A DNA stretch of 42,242 nucleotides from contig JAUCBJ010007741.1 of assembly GCA_032718475.1 (NCBI GenBank), forward strand, positions 1 through 42,242, written 5' to 3'. This DNA is from Nemertoderma westbladi (lineage: Eukaryota > Animalia > Xenacoelomorpha). Positions within the stretch are counted from its first letter, which is position 1. Each line of letters starts with the position of its first letter. Shown here piece after piece: positions 12,001 to 23,733 of this stretch. The translations under genes and the position numbers were made by a program. The notes below the pieces were generated by a model, which worked only from the letters and a program-made list of their open reading frames with translations, had not been told where the DNA came from and made no database searches.

Positions 12001-14488
12001 TGTTCCACCAACTTCTACTCGCTACCTACCACACCACTGTTCCACCAACTTCTACTCGCTACCTACCACACCGCTGTTCCACCAACTTCTACTCGCTACC
12101 TACCACACCGCTGTTCCACCAACTTCTACTCGCTACCTACCACACCACTGTTCCACCAACTTCTACTCGCTACCTACCACACCACTGTTCCACCAACTTC
12201 TACTCGCTACCTACCATTCCACTGTTCCACCAACTTCTACTCGCTACCTACCACACCACTGTTCCACCAACTTCTACTCGCTACCTACCACACCACTGTT
12301 CCACCAACTTCTACTCGCTACCTACCACACCACTGTTCCACCAACTTCTACTCGCTACCTACCACACCACGGTTCCACCAACTTCTACTCGCTACCTACC
12401 ACACCACTGTTCCACCAACTTCTACTCGCTACCTACCACACCACTGTTCCTCCAACTTCTACTCGCTACCTACCACACCACTGTTCCACCAACATCTACT
12501 CGCTACCTACCACACCACTGTTCCACCAACTTCTACTCGCTACCTACCACACCACTGTTCCACCAACTTCTACTCGCTACCTACCACACCACTGTTCCAC
12601 CAACTTCTACTCGCTACCTACCACACCACTGTTCCACCAACTTCTACTCGCTACCTACCACACCACTGTTCTACCAATTTCTACTCGCTACCTACCACAC
12701 CACTGTTCCACAAACTTCTACTCGCTACCTACCACACCACTGTTCCATCAACTTCTACTCGCTACCTACCACGCCACTGTTCCACCAACTTCTACTCGCT
12801 ACCTACCACACCACTGTTCCACCACCTTCTACTCACAACCTACCACACCACTGTTCCACCAACTTCTACTCAATACCTACCACACCACTGTTCCACCAAC
12901 TTCTACTCGCTACCTATCATACCACTGTTCCACCAACTTCTACTCGCTACCAACCACACCACTGTTCCACCAACTTCTACTCGCTACCTATCACACCACT
13001 GTTCCATAAACTTATACTCGCTACCTACACACCACGGTTCCACCAACTTCTACTCGCTACCTACCACACCACTGTTCCACCAACTTCTACTCGCTACCTA
13101 CCACACCACTGTTCCACCAACTTCTACTCGCTACCTACCACACCACTGTTCCACCAACTTCTACTCGCTACCTACCACACCGCTGTTCCACCAACTTCTA
13201 CTCGCTACCTACCACACCACTGTTCCACCAATTTATACTCGCTACCTATCACACCACTGTTCCACCAACTTCTACTCGCTACCTACCACACCACTGTTCC
13301 ACCAACTTCTACTCGCTACCTACCACACCTCTGTTCCACCAACTTCTACTCGCTACCTACCACACCACGGTTCCACCAACTTCTACTCGCTACCTACCAC
13401 ACCACTGTTCCACCAACTTCTACTCGCTACCTACCACACCACTGTTCCACCAACTTCTACTCGCTACCTACCACACCGCTGTTCCACCAACTTCTACTCG
13501 CTACCTACCACACCGCTGTTCCACCAACTTCTACTCGCTACCTACCACACCGCTGTTCCACCAACTTCTACTCGCTACCTACCACACCACGGTTCCACCA
13601 ACTTCTACTCGCTACCTACCACACCACTGTTCCACCAACTTCTACTCGCTACCTACCACACCACTGTTCCACCAACTTCTACTCGCTACCTACCACACCG
13701 CTGTTCCACCAACTTCTACTCGCTACCTACCACACCGCTGTTCCACCAACTTCTACTCGCTACCTACCACACCACGGTTCCACCAACTTCTACTCGCTAC
13801 CTACCACACCGCTGTTCCACCAACTTCTACTCGCTACCTACCACACCGCCCTTCCACCAACTTCTACTCGCTACCTACCACACCGCCCTTCCACCAACTT
13901 CTACTCGCTACCTACCACACCGCTGTTCCACCAACTTCTACTCGCTACCTACCACACCACGGTTCCACCAACTTCTACTCGCTACCTACCACACCACTGT
14001 TCCACCAACTTCTACTCGCTACCTACCACACCGCTGTTCCACCAACTTCTACTCGCTACCTATCATACCACTGTTCCACCAACTTCTACTCGCTACCTAT
14101 CACACCACTGTTCCACCAACTTCTACTCGCTACCTACCACACCACGGTTCCACCAACTTCTACTCGCTACCTACCACACCGCTGTTCCACCAACTTCTAC
14201 TCGCTACCTACCACACCACTGTTCCACCAACTTCTACTCGCTACCTACCACACCACGGTTCCACCAACTTCTACTCGCTACCTACCACACCGCTGTTCCA
14301 CCAACTTCTACTCGCTACCTACCACACCACTGTTCCACCAACTTCTACTCGCTACCTACCACACCACGGTTCCACCAACTTCTACTCGCTACCTACCACA
14401 CCACGGTTCCACCAACTTCTACTCGCTACCAACCACACCACTGTTCCACCAACTTCTACTCGCTACCTACCACACCACTGTTCCACCA
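9093..14488. repeat. 37-bp satellite, ~146 copies, consensus CCACCAACTTCTACTCGCTACCTACCACACCACTGTT
   Basis: Period of 37 is visible directly; 3 units give the 37-aa repeat in the ORF track. C-rich on +. Confidence 0.98.
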
Positions 14489-15104
14489 TCGTCTTCATAT
14501 TTTAGTTTTTAGGCATTATTTAAATTACTCCCATAAACCCCATGTATTTAATTATTCTTGGATTAAAGATGCGAAAAATAATAAAATAACTTTATATAGG
14601 TGATTATATTGATTCTACATTCGCGTATCGTATTATACCATATTGTACAATATTTCTGTACTAGTGGTAGTTTCTCTTCATTAAATAATTTTGCAGTACT
14701 CCCTACTTCATTAGTAGCTGCAATATTCCTAGTTGGTAACCTTTAGTGCAATTTACCTGATATATTTGGGTGTTTGATTTTTTTATTGTGTTTTGCAGTA
14801 ACTTTATTTATTTTGGTGAATTATTTATATATCTTCTCATAACTTATAGTAAACAATTGTTTATTTAATACGTTCATTTGTTTCGAGTCTTTTTCTTATA
14901 AACTGCTCACGCCTTCAAGCATCGCTTTTCTCGAGGTATCAGAAATCTAAATCGAATATCGTGTGTTCAGTTCGCCGTCTCTGATCTCATGTATCTCTTG
15001 GCCTAAATAAGTAAATTGAATTGAACGCTGGTTTAATCTATTACACACATGGTACTACACACATTGGAGAAATGACTCATTTGCTACTAAATACATAGCG
15101 GCGC

Positions 15105-15690
15105 CAGTGTTGATAAGTTGTTATATACACGAAGTTGCGCCTACGCGCAGCACTTGACATAAACTTATGTTAAGTGTCAACTCTAAATAATTATAAGCAA
15201 AATCGAAGCAGATGTCCCCGAATCGCTTTACCACCCAGAGGGAAACTGAGTAACTGCCGTCGATGTTAGACCTCACAAAAACTCAGTCTGAGGTCTAGAA
15301 TGTATACCAGGTATCAACCAGGGAGAAAGGATTATAACAATAATACAAAATGGCTGAAGGTCGTCATTTCAGACATTTCTAAAATGTTTTCATTACAGCC
15401 CTATAGCGGTAGAGTGGAGAACAGCCAGGAATTACCGACCCAAGAGTGACGCAACCTATGGATGGTCTGCAGTCTAGCATGTGCGCCATTGTTACAGTTT
15501 GAACGGATCATAAATAACAGAATGGGTCAAGGATTTCACTTTCATACATTTTGCCCTCTAGCGGCAGACTAGAGAACTCCAGCCGGGATAGCCCCCTTTG
15601 AATGACACAGCTAATGGTCTAGTACTAATCTGCCAAGTTTCAGCTTGATCGGATTAGAAGCAAAGAAATAGGGGGACATTAAATGTTGAA
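15105..15690 (-). mobile_element. Related Helentron/pearl-like element, inverted and partial
   Basis: The minus strand reads GTGCTGCGCG...ACTTCGTGT, as at 16319-16346. 15545-15685 is an inverted homolog of 16110-16250. Internal repeat period ~155 bp. Confidence 0.6.
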
Positions 15691-15840
15691 ATGAAAAAAA
15701 AATAAAATATAATTATATTTAAGCTAATTTACACTCTATAGACAAAGTCAAGGCTTCTTTTTTAAAGCGAGCTCTAAGCCTTCATAAGAATACCCTAAAC
15801 AGCCACTTGTGTCATGAAAAACACTTGATGTAAGAAATAG

Positions 15841-16364
15841 TTGTGGGGCGAGCCACGAAGTTGGCGGAGCCTTAGCGAATTGACACTGTTAGGGGGTGGG
15901 TCAATTTATGCAAATAGTTGTCGTCGTCGTTGTCGTCGTCGTTGTCGTCGTCGTCGTCGTCGTCGTTACGATTTTGACATGCTAATAACTTTGTCGGATT
16001 TAAAGCTGCCAAGTTGAAAATTTGTAGGTATCAATATGAGCAAAAGTTGAGATTTTTGAGAGACTTTCAGACACCATCAGTGCAATGGTCTCCCGCTAGA
16101 GGGCCACATGTCTAAACATTAAATGCCCTCCCATTTCTTTGCTTTTAATCCGTTTAAGCTGAAACTTGGCAGATATGTATTAGACCATTAGCTGTGACTT
16201 TCAAAGGAGGCGAATCCATCTGCAGTTCTCCAGTCTGCCGCTAGAGGGCCAACGTGACTATTTGCATAAATTGACCTACCCCCTAACAGTGTCAATTCGC
16301 TAAGGCTCTGCCAACTTCGTGCTGCGCGAAGTCCCCACTTCGTGTCCATTGGGTCTACACTAGT
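15841..16364 (+). mobile_element. Non-autonomous Helentron/DINE-1/pearl-like element
   Basis: 65-bp subterminal inverted repeats (15854-15918 vs 16257-16321, 2 mismatches), a (GTC)n microsatellite at 15919-15966, an internal ~145-bp repeat, and a 3' end GTGT...ACAC-TAGT (CTAGT). Confidence 0.7.
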
Positions 16365-16443
16365 GGTAACTGACGCACTATCAACATACCGAGACGTAAC
16401 AAACAGCAAAATCGCTGATATCGATTCGGCTTTCTGGGGTTCT

Positions 16444-17335
16444 CCAGGAAGTGGACGGGTGCTAACCAGACCTGCAGACATGTCACCACGAGGTTCAGCA
16501 TACTGTACATGGATTCCACCAGAATTGGACGGGTGCTAACCAGACCTGCAGACATGTCACCACGAGGTTCAGCATACTGTACATGGATTCCACCAGAATT
16601 GGACGGGTGCTAACCAGACCTGCAGACATGTCACCACGAGGTTCAGCATTCTGTTCGTGGATTCCACCAGAAGTGGACGGGTGCTAACCAGACCTGCAGA
16701 CATGTCACCACGAGGTTCAGCATACTGTACATGGATTCCACCAGAAGTGGACGGGTGCTAACCAGACCTGCAGACATGTCACCACGAGGTTCAGCATACT
16801 GTACATGGATTCCACCAGAATTGGACGGGTGCTAACCAGACCTGCAGACATGTCACCACGAGCTTCAGCATACTGTACATGGATTCCACCAGAATTGGAC
16901 GGGTGCTAACCAGACCTGCAGACATGTCACCACGAGGTTCAGCATACTGTACATGGATTCCACCAGAATTGGACGGGTGCTAACCAGACCTGCAGACATG
17001 TCACCACGAGGTTCAGCATACTGTACATGGATTCCACCAGAAGTGGACGGGTGCTAACCAGACCTGCAGACATGTCACCACGAGGTTCAGCATACTGTAC
17101 ATGGATTCCACCAGAAGTGGACGGGTGCTAACCAGACCTGCAGACATGTCACCACGAGGTTCAGCATACTGTACATGGATTCCACCAGAATTGGACGGGT
17201 GCTAACCAGACCTGCAGACATGTCACCACGAGGTTCAGCATACTGTACATGGATTCCACCAGAAGTGGACGGGTGCTAACCAGACCTGCAGACATGTCAC
17301 CACGAGGTTCAGCATACTGTACATGGATTCCACCA
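16444..17335. repeat. 74-bp minisatellite, 12 near-identical copies
   Basis: GGGTGCTAACCAGACCTGCAGACATGTCACCACGAGGTTCAGCATACTGTACATGGATTCCACCAGAAKTGGAC recurs at 16457, 16531, 16605 ... 17271 with no spacers. Confidence 0.97.
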
Positions 17336-18305
17336 TAGAATACGCTGTTCCAAACATTTCCACCACCACACTATCCTCTCTATGCAGTGGGACAGCCACA
17401 TTGTATCACCTTCTGGACTATAGGACTCTAGTTTCCAACTCTAGAGGCCGGTAAATGAATGGGCAGTTGCACTACTTTTTTACGTGCCCCACGGCCCAGG
17501 TTCTATAATCGTGATTATTTGGACCATCTCCCCAAAGCTGAGTTCCCCGGTAACGCTACCCTACAGATATTGCCCATGTTACAATCTTTCAATTTTACCC
17601 CGCGTGGGGGTGAATATTATAATCGTGATCAAAATCCAAAAAAACATTTGTATACAGCAAATTAATTAATTTTAGCGAGCCATAAAAACTTTTGAAAATT
17701 TTAGCACAAAAAATATTGTAGATGGGAGCCAGAATGTAATTATTACATCATCCTTAACCACTTGGTGGTCATTGTACTTTATACTTCTCCTCTAGTTGGG
17801 ATGACCATCATTGACCATCGAATAATATATTAATGAGAAACATCAACTCAATTATTACTATGTCGACCACATTTCTCTGCCAAACACTCGAGCGATATTT
17901 TCTCCCCACGGCAGCACCCCTGACCCTGGCCTGGTGGTCCGCACTTCATATATATATAACTTATTATATTATATTCATTATTATTCATTATTACTTCATA
18001 TATACAGTATATATATATATAACTTCATTATTATTCATTATTACTTCATATATATATAATAAATTCATTATTATTACGTTCAGTTATTACTGTTAATTGC
18101 TATTAGCAATTATTACCGATTATGTCCAGTCTGTCACCCCACAGCCTCGGTGAATAATTTACGATTATTAAAAATAACTCTTGACTCCCTGCCAGCGAAT
18201 AAATCACATTTTCTACAGACAGCATACTGTATACAAATATACAGCTGATCCGTTCAACACATTATAAGTCTTTTTCACACATAGAGTTTTCGTTTTCTTC
18301 GACCT

Positions 18306-18556
18306 TAAGGCCTGGGATTATACACAAAGATTCACGATTTATTTCCCGTGCGATCCCCCCAGAACCCTACTCCCCAGAGCAAACTGTGACTCATTATGGA
18401 CCGTGTATGTATGCAATACAGTGAAGCACCCTGGCTAGTTCCCTTTAAAGCATTCCTGCTGAAACGATAACTAACCTAGCCCCCTGCAAGGATCGAACCC
18501 ACCACCTCCGGAGCGATGTAAATTCAAGGCAACGTGTTAAACCCCTTACGCCAAGT
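18306..18556 (-). mobile_element. tRNA-derived SINE-like element
   Basis: Minus-strand A-box TGGCGTAAGGGG (18542-18553) and B-box GGGTTCGATCC (~18490-18500) at tRNA-like spacing, without a complete cloverleaf. The 3' boundary is approximate. Confidence 0.5.
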
Positions 18557-19949
18557 TGAGATATTAGTATCTGCAAGGTTTTCTGATATTCTTGTGTTTT
18601 TTGTGAATGTTATATGATATCCATTACCTGTAAAATAAAGCTCTAATTGTATTTTTTTTAATCTAACTTCATACAGTATGTGTAGGCCTACCCTTGATGT
18701 TTGCTATATAGCCGAATTCTCTGTAAATGGACAGGCTCCAACCATCCACAATATTTCAAGTTGATTCAACATCCTTGTTTAGCATCTATTTTTATTGTGC
18801 GGGGGAGGGGGGGGCATAATCTCAGAGCTTTGCGTATGGATACCGCATTTCAACGACTGTCGACTTAGGCTTGGAGGTTAAATTGCTACATATGTATGTA
18901 GTTTCCAAAAAGTTTAAAATAATATTCCCATAGGGAACACAGTCAGTTCTCCAGACTGTCGCTAGAGGGCGAGATGGCCGAAAGTGATAATCGTCTCCCA
19001 TTCCATTGTTTATAATCAATTAAAACCCGTCATTGCTGTCTGACTACCGGTTCAAGGGTTTCTGCTCTAACGCGCTTCTGGCGTAGCGTAAAGACCCCAT
19101 GATCGTGTAATTGGTCGTTTACAATTTACAGTAGCAAAAACTGATCAAGTCTAATATATAAACTATACAAAATGACCTTTAACTTGATATTAGGCCTACC
19201 TGTCGTTATGTTAAACATCTGGATGACCCTTGGAGGGACTCTCCCTCACTATGATGTTGACAAGTTTGAGGCTGACGGATTCCTGGACATTATGAAGCGA
19301 GAACATGGATTGTTTGCTCCAGATAGGTGTTCGCCCAATTCTTGTACGGAATGCTGCTCCAAGGTTTGTAGTTCGAATGGCCAGTTAAGCGCGTTAAGGT
19401 AGGTGATAATGAGCTACGATGTATGGTATAGCTACTTTTAGGAACAATTTACTTAATTATCTGGACATTTCTTATGGTCTGCAGTGTCTCCTATAAACAA
19501 TCATTTATTTTCTCTAAGGTCTGTATTTTGGAAGGATGTATTAAATATTATTTTCATAAATATTATTTTTCTTTCATACTATTTACAGATATTTATAGTA
19601 AAAATAATACAGAACATTAAATTGGATTGAGTGATTATATATTAATTGTTATAGGATAACAATGGATGAATGTTTGTTTTTATTCTAGAACGATTATTTT
19701 TCTCAAGACTGCCCTACGTGGGCTCCCCCGTGTAATGAGGAGGAACTAGGGGAATGGGACGCGGGCTATAATTCGTTAGATAACTATTCTTATAAATGCA
19801 GCAGACACTGTTGATCTAATTGAGTCGGAACTAAAGAACAATGTCTGTCTTTGTCAATGTTTATCTCTAAGACAATATTTTATATCATATGTTATCTTTG
19901 GTGATAGTGTAGGCCTAATTTATGTAGGCGAATTATGTATAATAACTAT

Positions 19950-20090
19950 TTACATACTTGTGTGTAAAGTAGCACTTTACATTTGTGATGATCCGAGTGG
20001 CTTTGTTACACGAACGAACGTTAGTGAGTGAGTGAAAATAAAGCCACGAGGATCAGAACACTGTAAAGTACTTTGCAACAAGTAAGTATG
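19950..20090. repeat. Imperfect long inverted repeat, probably TE-derived
   Basis: TACATACTTGT..ACTTTACA..TGATCCGAGTGGCTTT pairs with AAAGCCACGAGGATCA..TGTAAAGT..ACAAGTAAGTA. Confidence 0.7.
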
Positions 20091-20350
20091 TTGTTTTATT
20101 CCAAAATTTTAACATTACGAAATGATTGTACGTCATATACATTATAAGTGATAGAAACTGCAAAAATTAAATTAGTTGTTGTATAAATAAATGTAAAAAT
20201 GACATAAATTATGTTATAAATAAGTTAGCTTATATTTATGGTGGTGTTTGGAGCCATGTTAATAATTTAGCTACTGGTTATTAATAGCTATACCCCGCCC
20301 ACCGGTAGGTAATGCAGTAAGCCTATCTGGCTGTCAGGCAAATTTCCACC

Positions 20351-20441
20351 TATTGTTTACGTGGTAACCAAGGACGGCGTTAAGTAATGTCCCCTTAGTG
20401 GACATTACTTAACGCCGTCATTGGTTACCACGTAAACAATA
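20351..20441. repeat. Near-perfect palindrome, 42-bp arms, 7-nt loop
   Basis: 20351-20392 vs 20400-20441, one mismatch. Confidence 0.95.
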
Positions 20442-20950
20442 ACACCAAATACAATACTAAATGTACAGGCCAATACAATGCTGTAATGTCCTCTAAAGTT
20501 GTAAAGTACTAAATAACAACTCGCTGTTAATAATACTAAGTAATGAGTATTTTAGTATTTGAGTATTTTAAACCAGAATTCAACCCCCCTTTTTTTAATT
20601 TTGTTATAAATAAATAATTGAATCGAAATTTAGATACTGTCTGAGACAGTCTGACAGTATCTGTCTGTCTGTCTGTCAGTATACTGTCTGACAGTAGTTA
20701 GTAATATCAGCGAAAAATAAATCAATCTAAACTAAAACGATGAGGCAAGCACATTATTTAATTTTAAACAACAAACACAAAGTAAAAATGGCAGACCTAC
20801 ACTAACGTGTGTATAGTATGTTTCGAGTTTTATATTGCACGAACAACCAGAACTGATAATGACAAACTGATATTGTATTTGGAATTAGTGTATGCAAATT
20901 GATCAAAAATTTTATTTTATGGTGTAATGTTTAGAAAAATTTAAATTAAC

Positions 20951-21030
20951 GGGCCCGGGCCGGACCGAGATTCAACGTGCCGGGCCGGGCCGGGCCCGGG
21001 CCGTGAAAAATCGGCCCGTGTCCATCTCTG
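20951..21030. mobile_element. Single end of a hAT-like DNA transposon
   Basis: Subterminal GGGCC/CCGG repeats ending CCCGTGTCCATCTCTG (reverse complement CAGAGATGG...). No partner end found. Confidence 0.5.
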
Positions 21031-21156
21031 ATCTGTCATGTCTCGTGTTCGGTTCCAAACTAACCCGAGATTCAATCCTCGCCGCCGATTCAGCGTGGAG
21101 TTGGTCTTTCAGTAAGTGTATTTGCGCGAGATCCACGTGGGTCTGTTATTTCACGA

Positions 21157-21556
21157 GCACTAATGTCTCGCCGGCAATAATGTCTCGCGGGCACTAATGT
21201 CTCGTGGGTACTAATGTCTCGCGGGCACTAATGTATCGCGGGCACTAATGTCTCGCGGGCACTAATGTCTCGCGGGTACTAATGTCTCGTGGGTACTAAT
21301 GTCTCGCGGGCACTAATGTATCGCGGGCACTAATATCTCGTTGTCACTAATATCTCGCGCGTACTAATGTCTCGCGGGCACTAATGTTTCGCGGGGCACT
21401 AATATCTCGTGGTCACTAATGTCTCACGAGCAATAATGTTTCGTGGGCACTAATGTCGCGCGGGTACTAATATCTCGCGGGCACTAATGTCGCGCGGGTA
21501 CTAATGTCTCGCGGGCACTAATGTCGCGCGGGTACTAATGTCGCGCGGATACTAAC
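21157..21556. repeat. 17-bp CpG-rich minisatellite (ACTAATGTCTCGCGGGC), ~23 copies
   Basis: Period of 17 is visible (e.g. 21191, 21208), with point variants. Confidence 0.95.
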
Positions 21557-21730
21557 ATCCCAAAGGCCATCGCAGCAATAATTTCATCTGATTTTTTACA
21601 ATACCAAAACCTCAGCCTGATTGGTTACTGAACTGAACCATAAAACCCATTCCGGGTTTGCGGCCCTGTCCCAGTACTTTCTTTATACTTGGCTGCGGGG
21701 GTGTGGTTACTTGGCTGCCAGTTCCGCTCG

Positions 21731-22250
21731 CTAGAGTCGGGGACGTTGCACAACGTGATAGTGATCGGAACATTTGGAGTCGCAATACCAGCAGATGCAA
21801 TCAGCAGTGAGCGAATGGAAAGGAAAGGCCTCTTACATATTTTATGGAGGAATCCATGAGCTGTGGATCGCGCTAGTACGTGGCGGTTCCATTGCTTGGA
21901 TAGTTTCCTGGTTGAAGTAGCAATAGTTGCTGGTCCGTTTAAATAGTTTTCGTCAATAAAATGTTGTTCACGATTGTAGCGATAGGTATTATACGCTTAC
22001 GATTATTTACTTCGGCGTTAAATATTGATAGCGATTTCTTATAGTTATGTCCTCGATAAATGAGTGTTCGTCAACAAGTTGAAGAGCTAAAGTTGAATGA
22101 TGTAGTAATATGTAATCCTGGTAAGTTGATTTTATGCGATTAAGTTCCTTCAAATTTGTTAATGTTAGGAAACGTGCGAAAACCGGAAGGGCGTAGAGAG
22201 CCATCCGAGCGATTTTAATTCCGAATAGTTGTAAAGCAGCGCTAACGGAT
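21731..22250 (-). mobile_element. Degraded 3' end of a non-LTR retrotransposon ORF2
   Basis: Minus-strand translation across stops and frameshifts: LQLFGIKIARMALYALPVF...LNRIKSTY...FIEDI...RHVLARSTAHGF.HK(IC)...FHSLTADCICWYCDSKCSDHYHVVQRP. This is a post-RT segment plus a CCHC-type knuckle whose last Cys has become Arg. Confidence 0.65.
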
Positions 22251-22372
22251 TGAGATTGAGATTATTTATTGCACAATAAAATTTCGACGAAAATGGCGTA
22301 AATATACATACATACAGTTACATATAACACATAAGGCAATTAATTTTACATTTATTACATCTTTTTAAAAAA

Positions 22373-22410
<38 letters not shown>

Positions 22411-22520
22411 TGGATAATTGGTGGAGGTTATTAAGTGAGCCTGTAATACTGTATGATTTTTACTTTTTTGAGATAATATGTTTCGAGAAGCTAAGCGATG
22501 TTTGTAAAGTAACACACCGG
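22248..22520 (-). mobile_element. Possible CR1/L2-type LINE 3' tail
   Basis: The minus strand ends AATAAATAATCTCAATCTCAATC (short-repeat tail), with an upstream degenerate SYSITGSLNNL resembling the xWNxLP end motif. Confidence 0.35.
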
Positions 22521-22959
22521 CCCAGGTAGTCATATTCGTTACATATGGTTACAGCTTTGCCTCCATTTGTAAATCTGTATATAGTTGCTAACCGTCCCGA
22601 CCAAGAGTAAAGTATATCCCGGCCATTTTGAATAGTCTGTCTGTCATTAGCATACAGAACCAGGTCATCAGCTTAAACAAAAACTTAAGTATTGATATTG
22701 TTTGTCGTAAGGCCAATGCTAAGTCGGAAATAAATATAATAAAACATAATGGAATGGGGAGAAACAATCTCCCACGCAATTGGTTAATTACTGAGATAGA
22801 TTACTTAGATAGACTGAGACCGTCGAAAATTCGAATATTGTTTTGTAGTAAATTCTTAATTAAATCGAATAATTTACCCTTTTAGGGCCGGCCCTATACC
22901 AATTCGTGTAGATTTGACAAAAGAAGTGAACGTTTAACTTTATCAAATAATGCTTTCTG

Positions 22960-23200
22960 AAACCCCCAATAGGTTGCAGTAACCAATAGGGATAAACCAG
23001 TAGGAGGCCAGATTCTTACAAGAAATTATGATTACCCAGGCGTGTTAATTTCAACCAATAGCATGACAGTACTTCCCACTATCCTTGGCACTGTTACTAT
23101 AGTTGCCTTGGCAGCTCCCATTTTATTACTATTTAGTTGGGCGGGAGGACTGATTCTTGCATCATATAATAAGCGTGAGTTGTGAATGATTCAGTTTACT
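22960..23200 (+). promoter_or_regulatory. Candidate Pol II promoter: CCAAT x3, X-box, GC box, CARE/AARE, TATA-like and Inr
   Basis: CCAAT at 22966, 22983 and 23055; GTTGCCTTGGCAGC 23102-23115; GGGCGGGA 23139-23146; TTGCATCA 23157-23164; TATAAT at 23165; TCAGTT at 23191 (A+1 = 23193, TATA at -28). Confidence 0.55.
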
Positions 23201-23733
23201 GCCATGTGCGTTTATTTATAATCAATGAAGTACCGGTACCGTACATTTTGTATTGTATTCATTGTATTCATTGTTACTGTAGTTTGTGGTTTGACTGTTG
23301 GGTGTGCCTCCAACAAGTCCTAGCTGAAGTTGACTAGGAACATACGACACGACTATCCTTTTAAGCTGATCCGCTACCGCACCATCTGCCATCAACAACC
23401 ACAACTACAACATAATTAAGCCTAATTAATATCTTAATAATATTACGATGTTTAATATAAATTAATTTGATTTAAGTCTAGTTCTGTAACTTAGTGTCTA
23501 CCTCTAAAATCAGTACCCGTAGAGCGATACAACCATACCAAAAACCAAAGCAGTTTTGTAACTTTAACTTACCTGTAACTTTAAGTTAATTATATTATAT
23601 TAGGCCTATAATGAATATCGTAATATTATAATTATGTTTAATTTACTTTCTGACTAACTGTACCTATGCGTTGGATGGATTTCATTGGATGTAGTACTGT
23701 TTATGGACAGTATATTATATTGTCTGGCCGGTA

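Noticed and set aside
9023-14505. 1328-aa and 965-aa ORFs
   Set aside because: Translations of the stop-free 37-bp satellite. They have TTG starts, the unit is not a multiple of 3, and indel units occur. No coding signature.
14680-15026. Possible CR1-type LINE 3' end (AATTGAATTGAA tail)
   Set aside because: Too degraded to support beyond the short tail.
16444-17335. CRISPR array or tandem tRNA genes (74-nt unit ending CCACCA)
   Set aside because: No unique spacers or cas genes; no cloverleaf or proper A/B boxes.
17945-18090. AT-rich 87-aa ORF and short duplications
   Set aside because: Low-complexity TA/TTA slippage sequence.
19172-19402. 76-aa Cys-containing ORF ending near an AG|GTAGGT donor-like site
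   Set aside because: No recognisable family or partner exon; too short to support.
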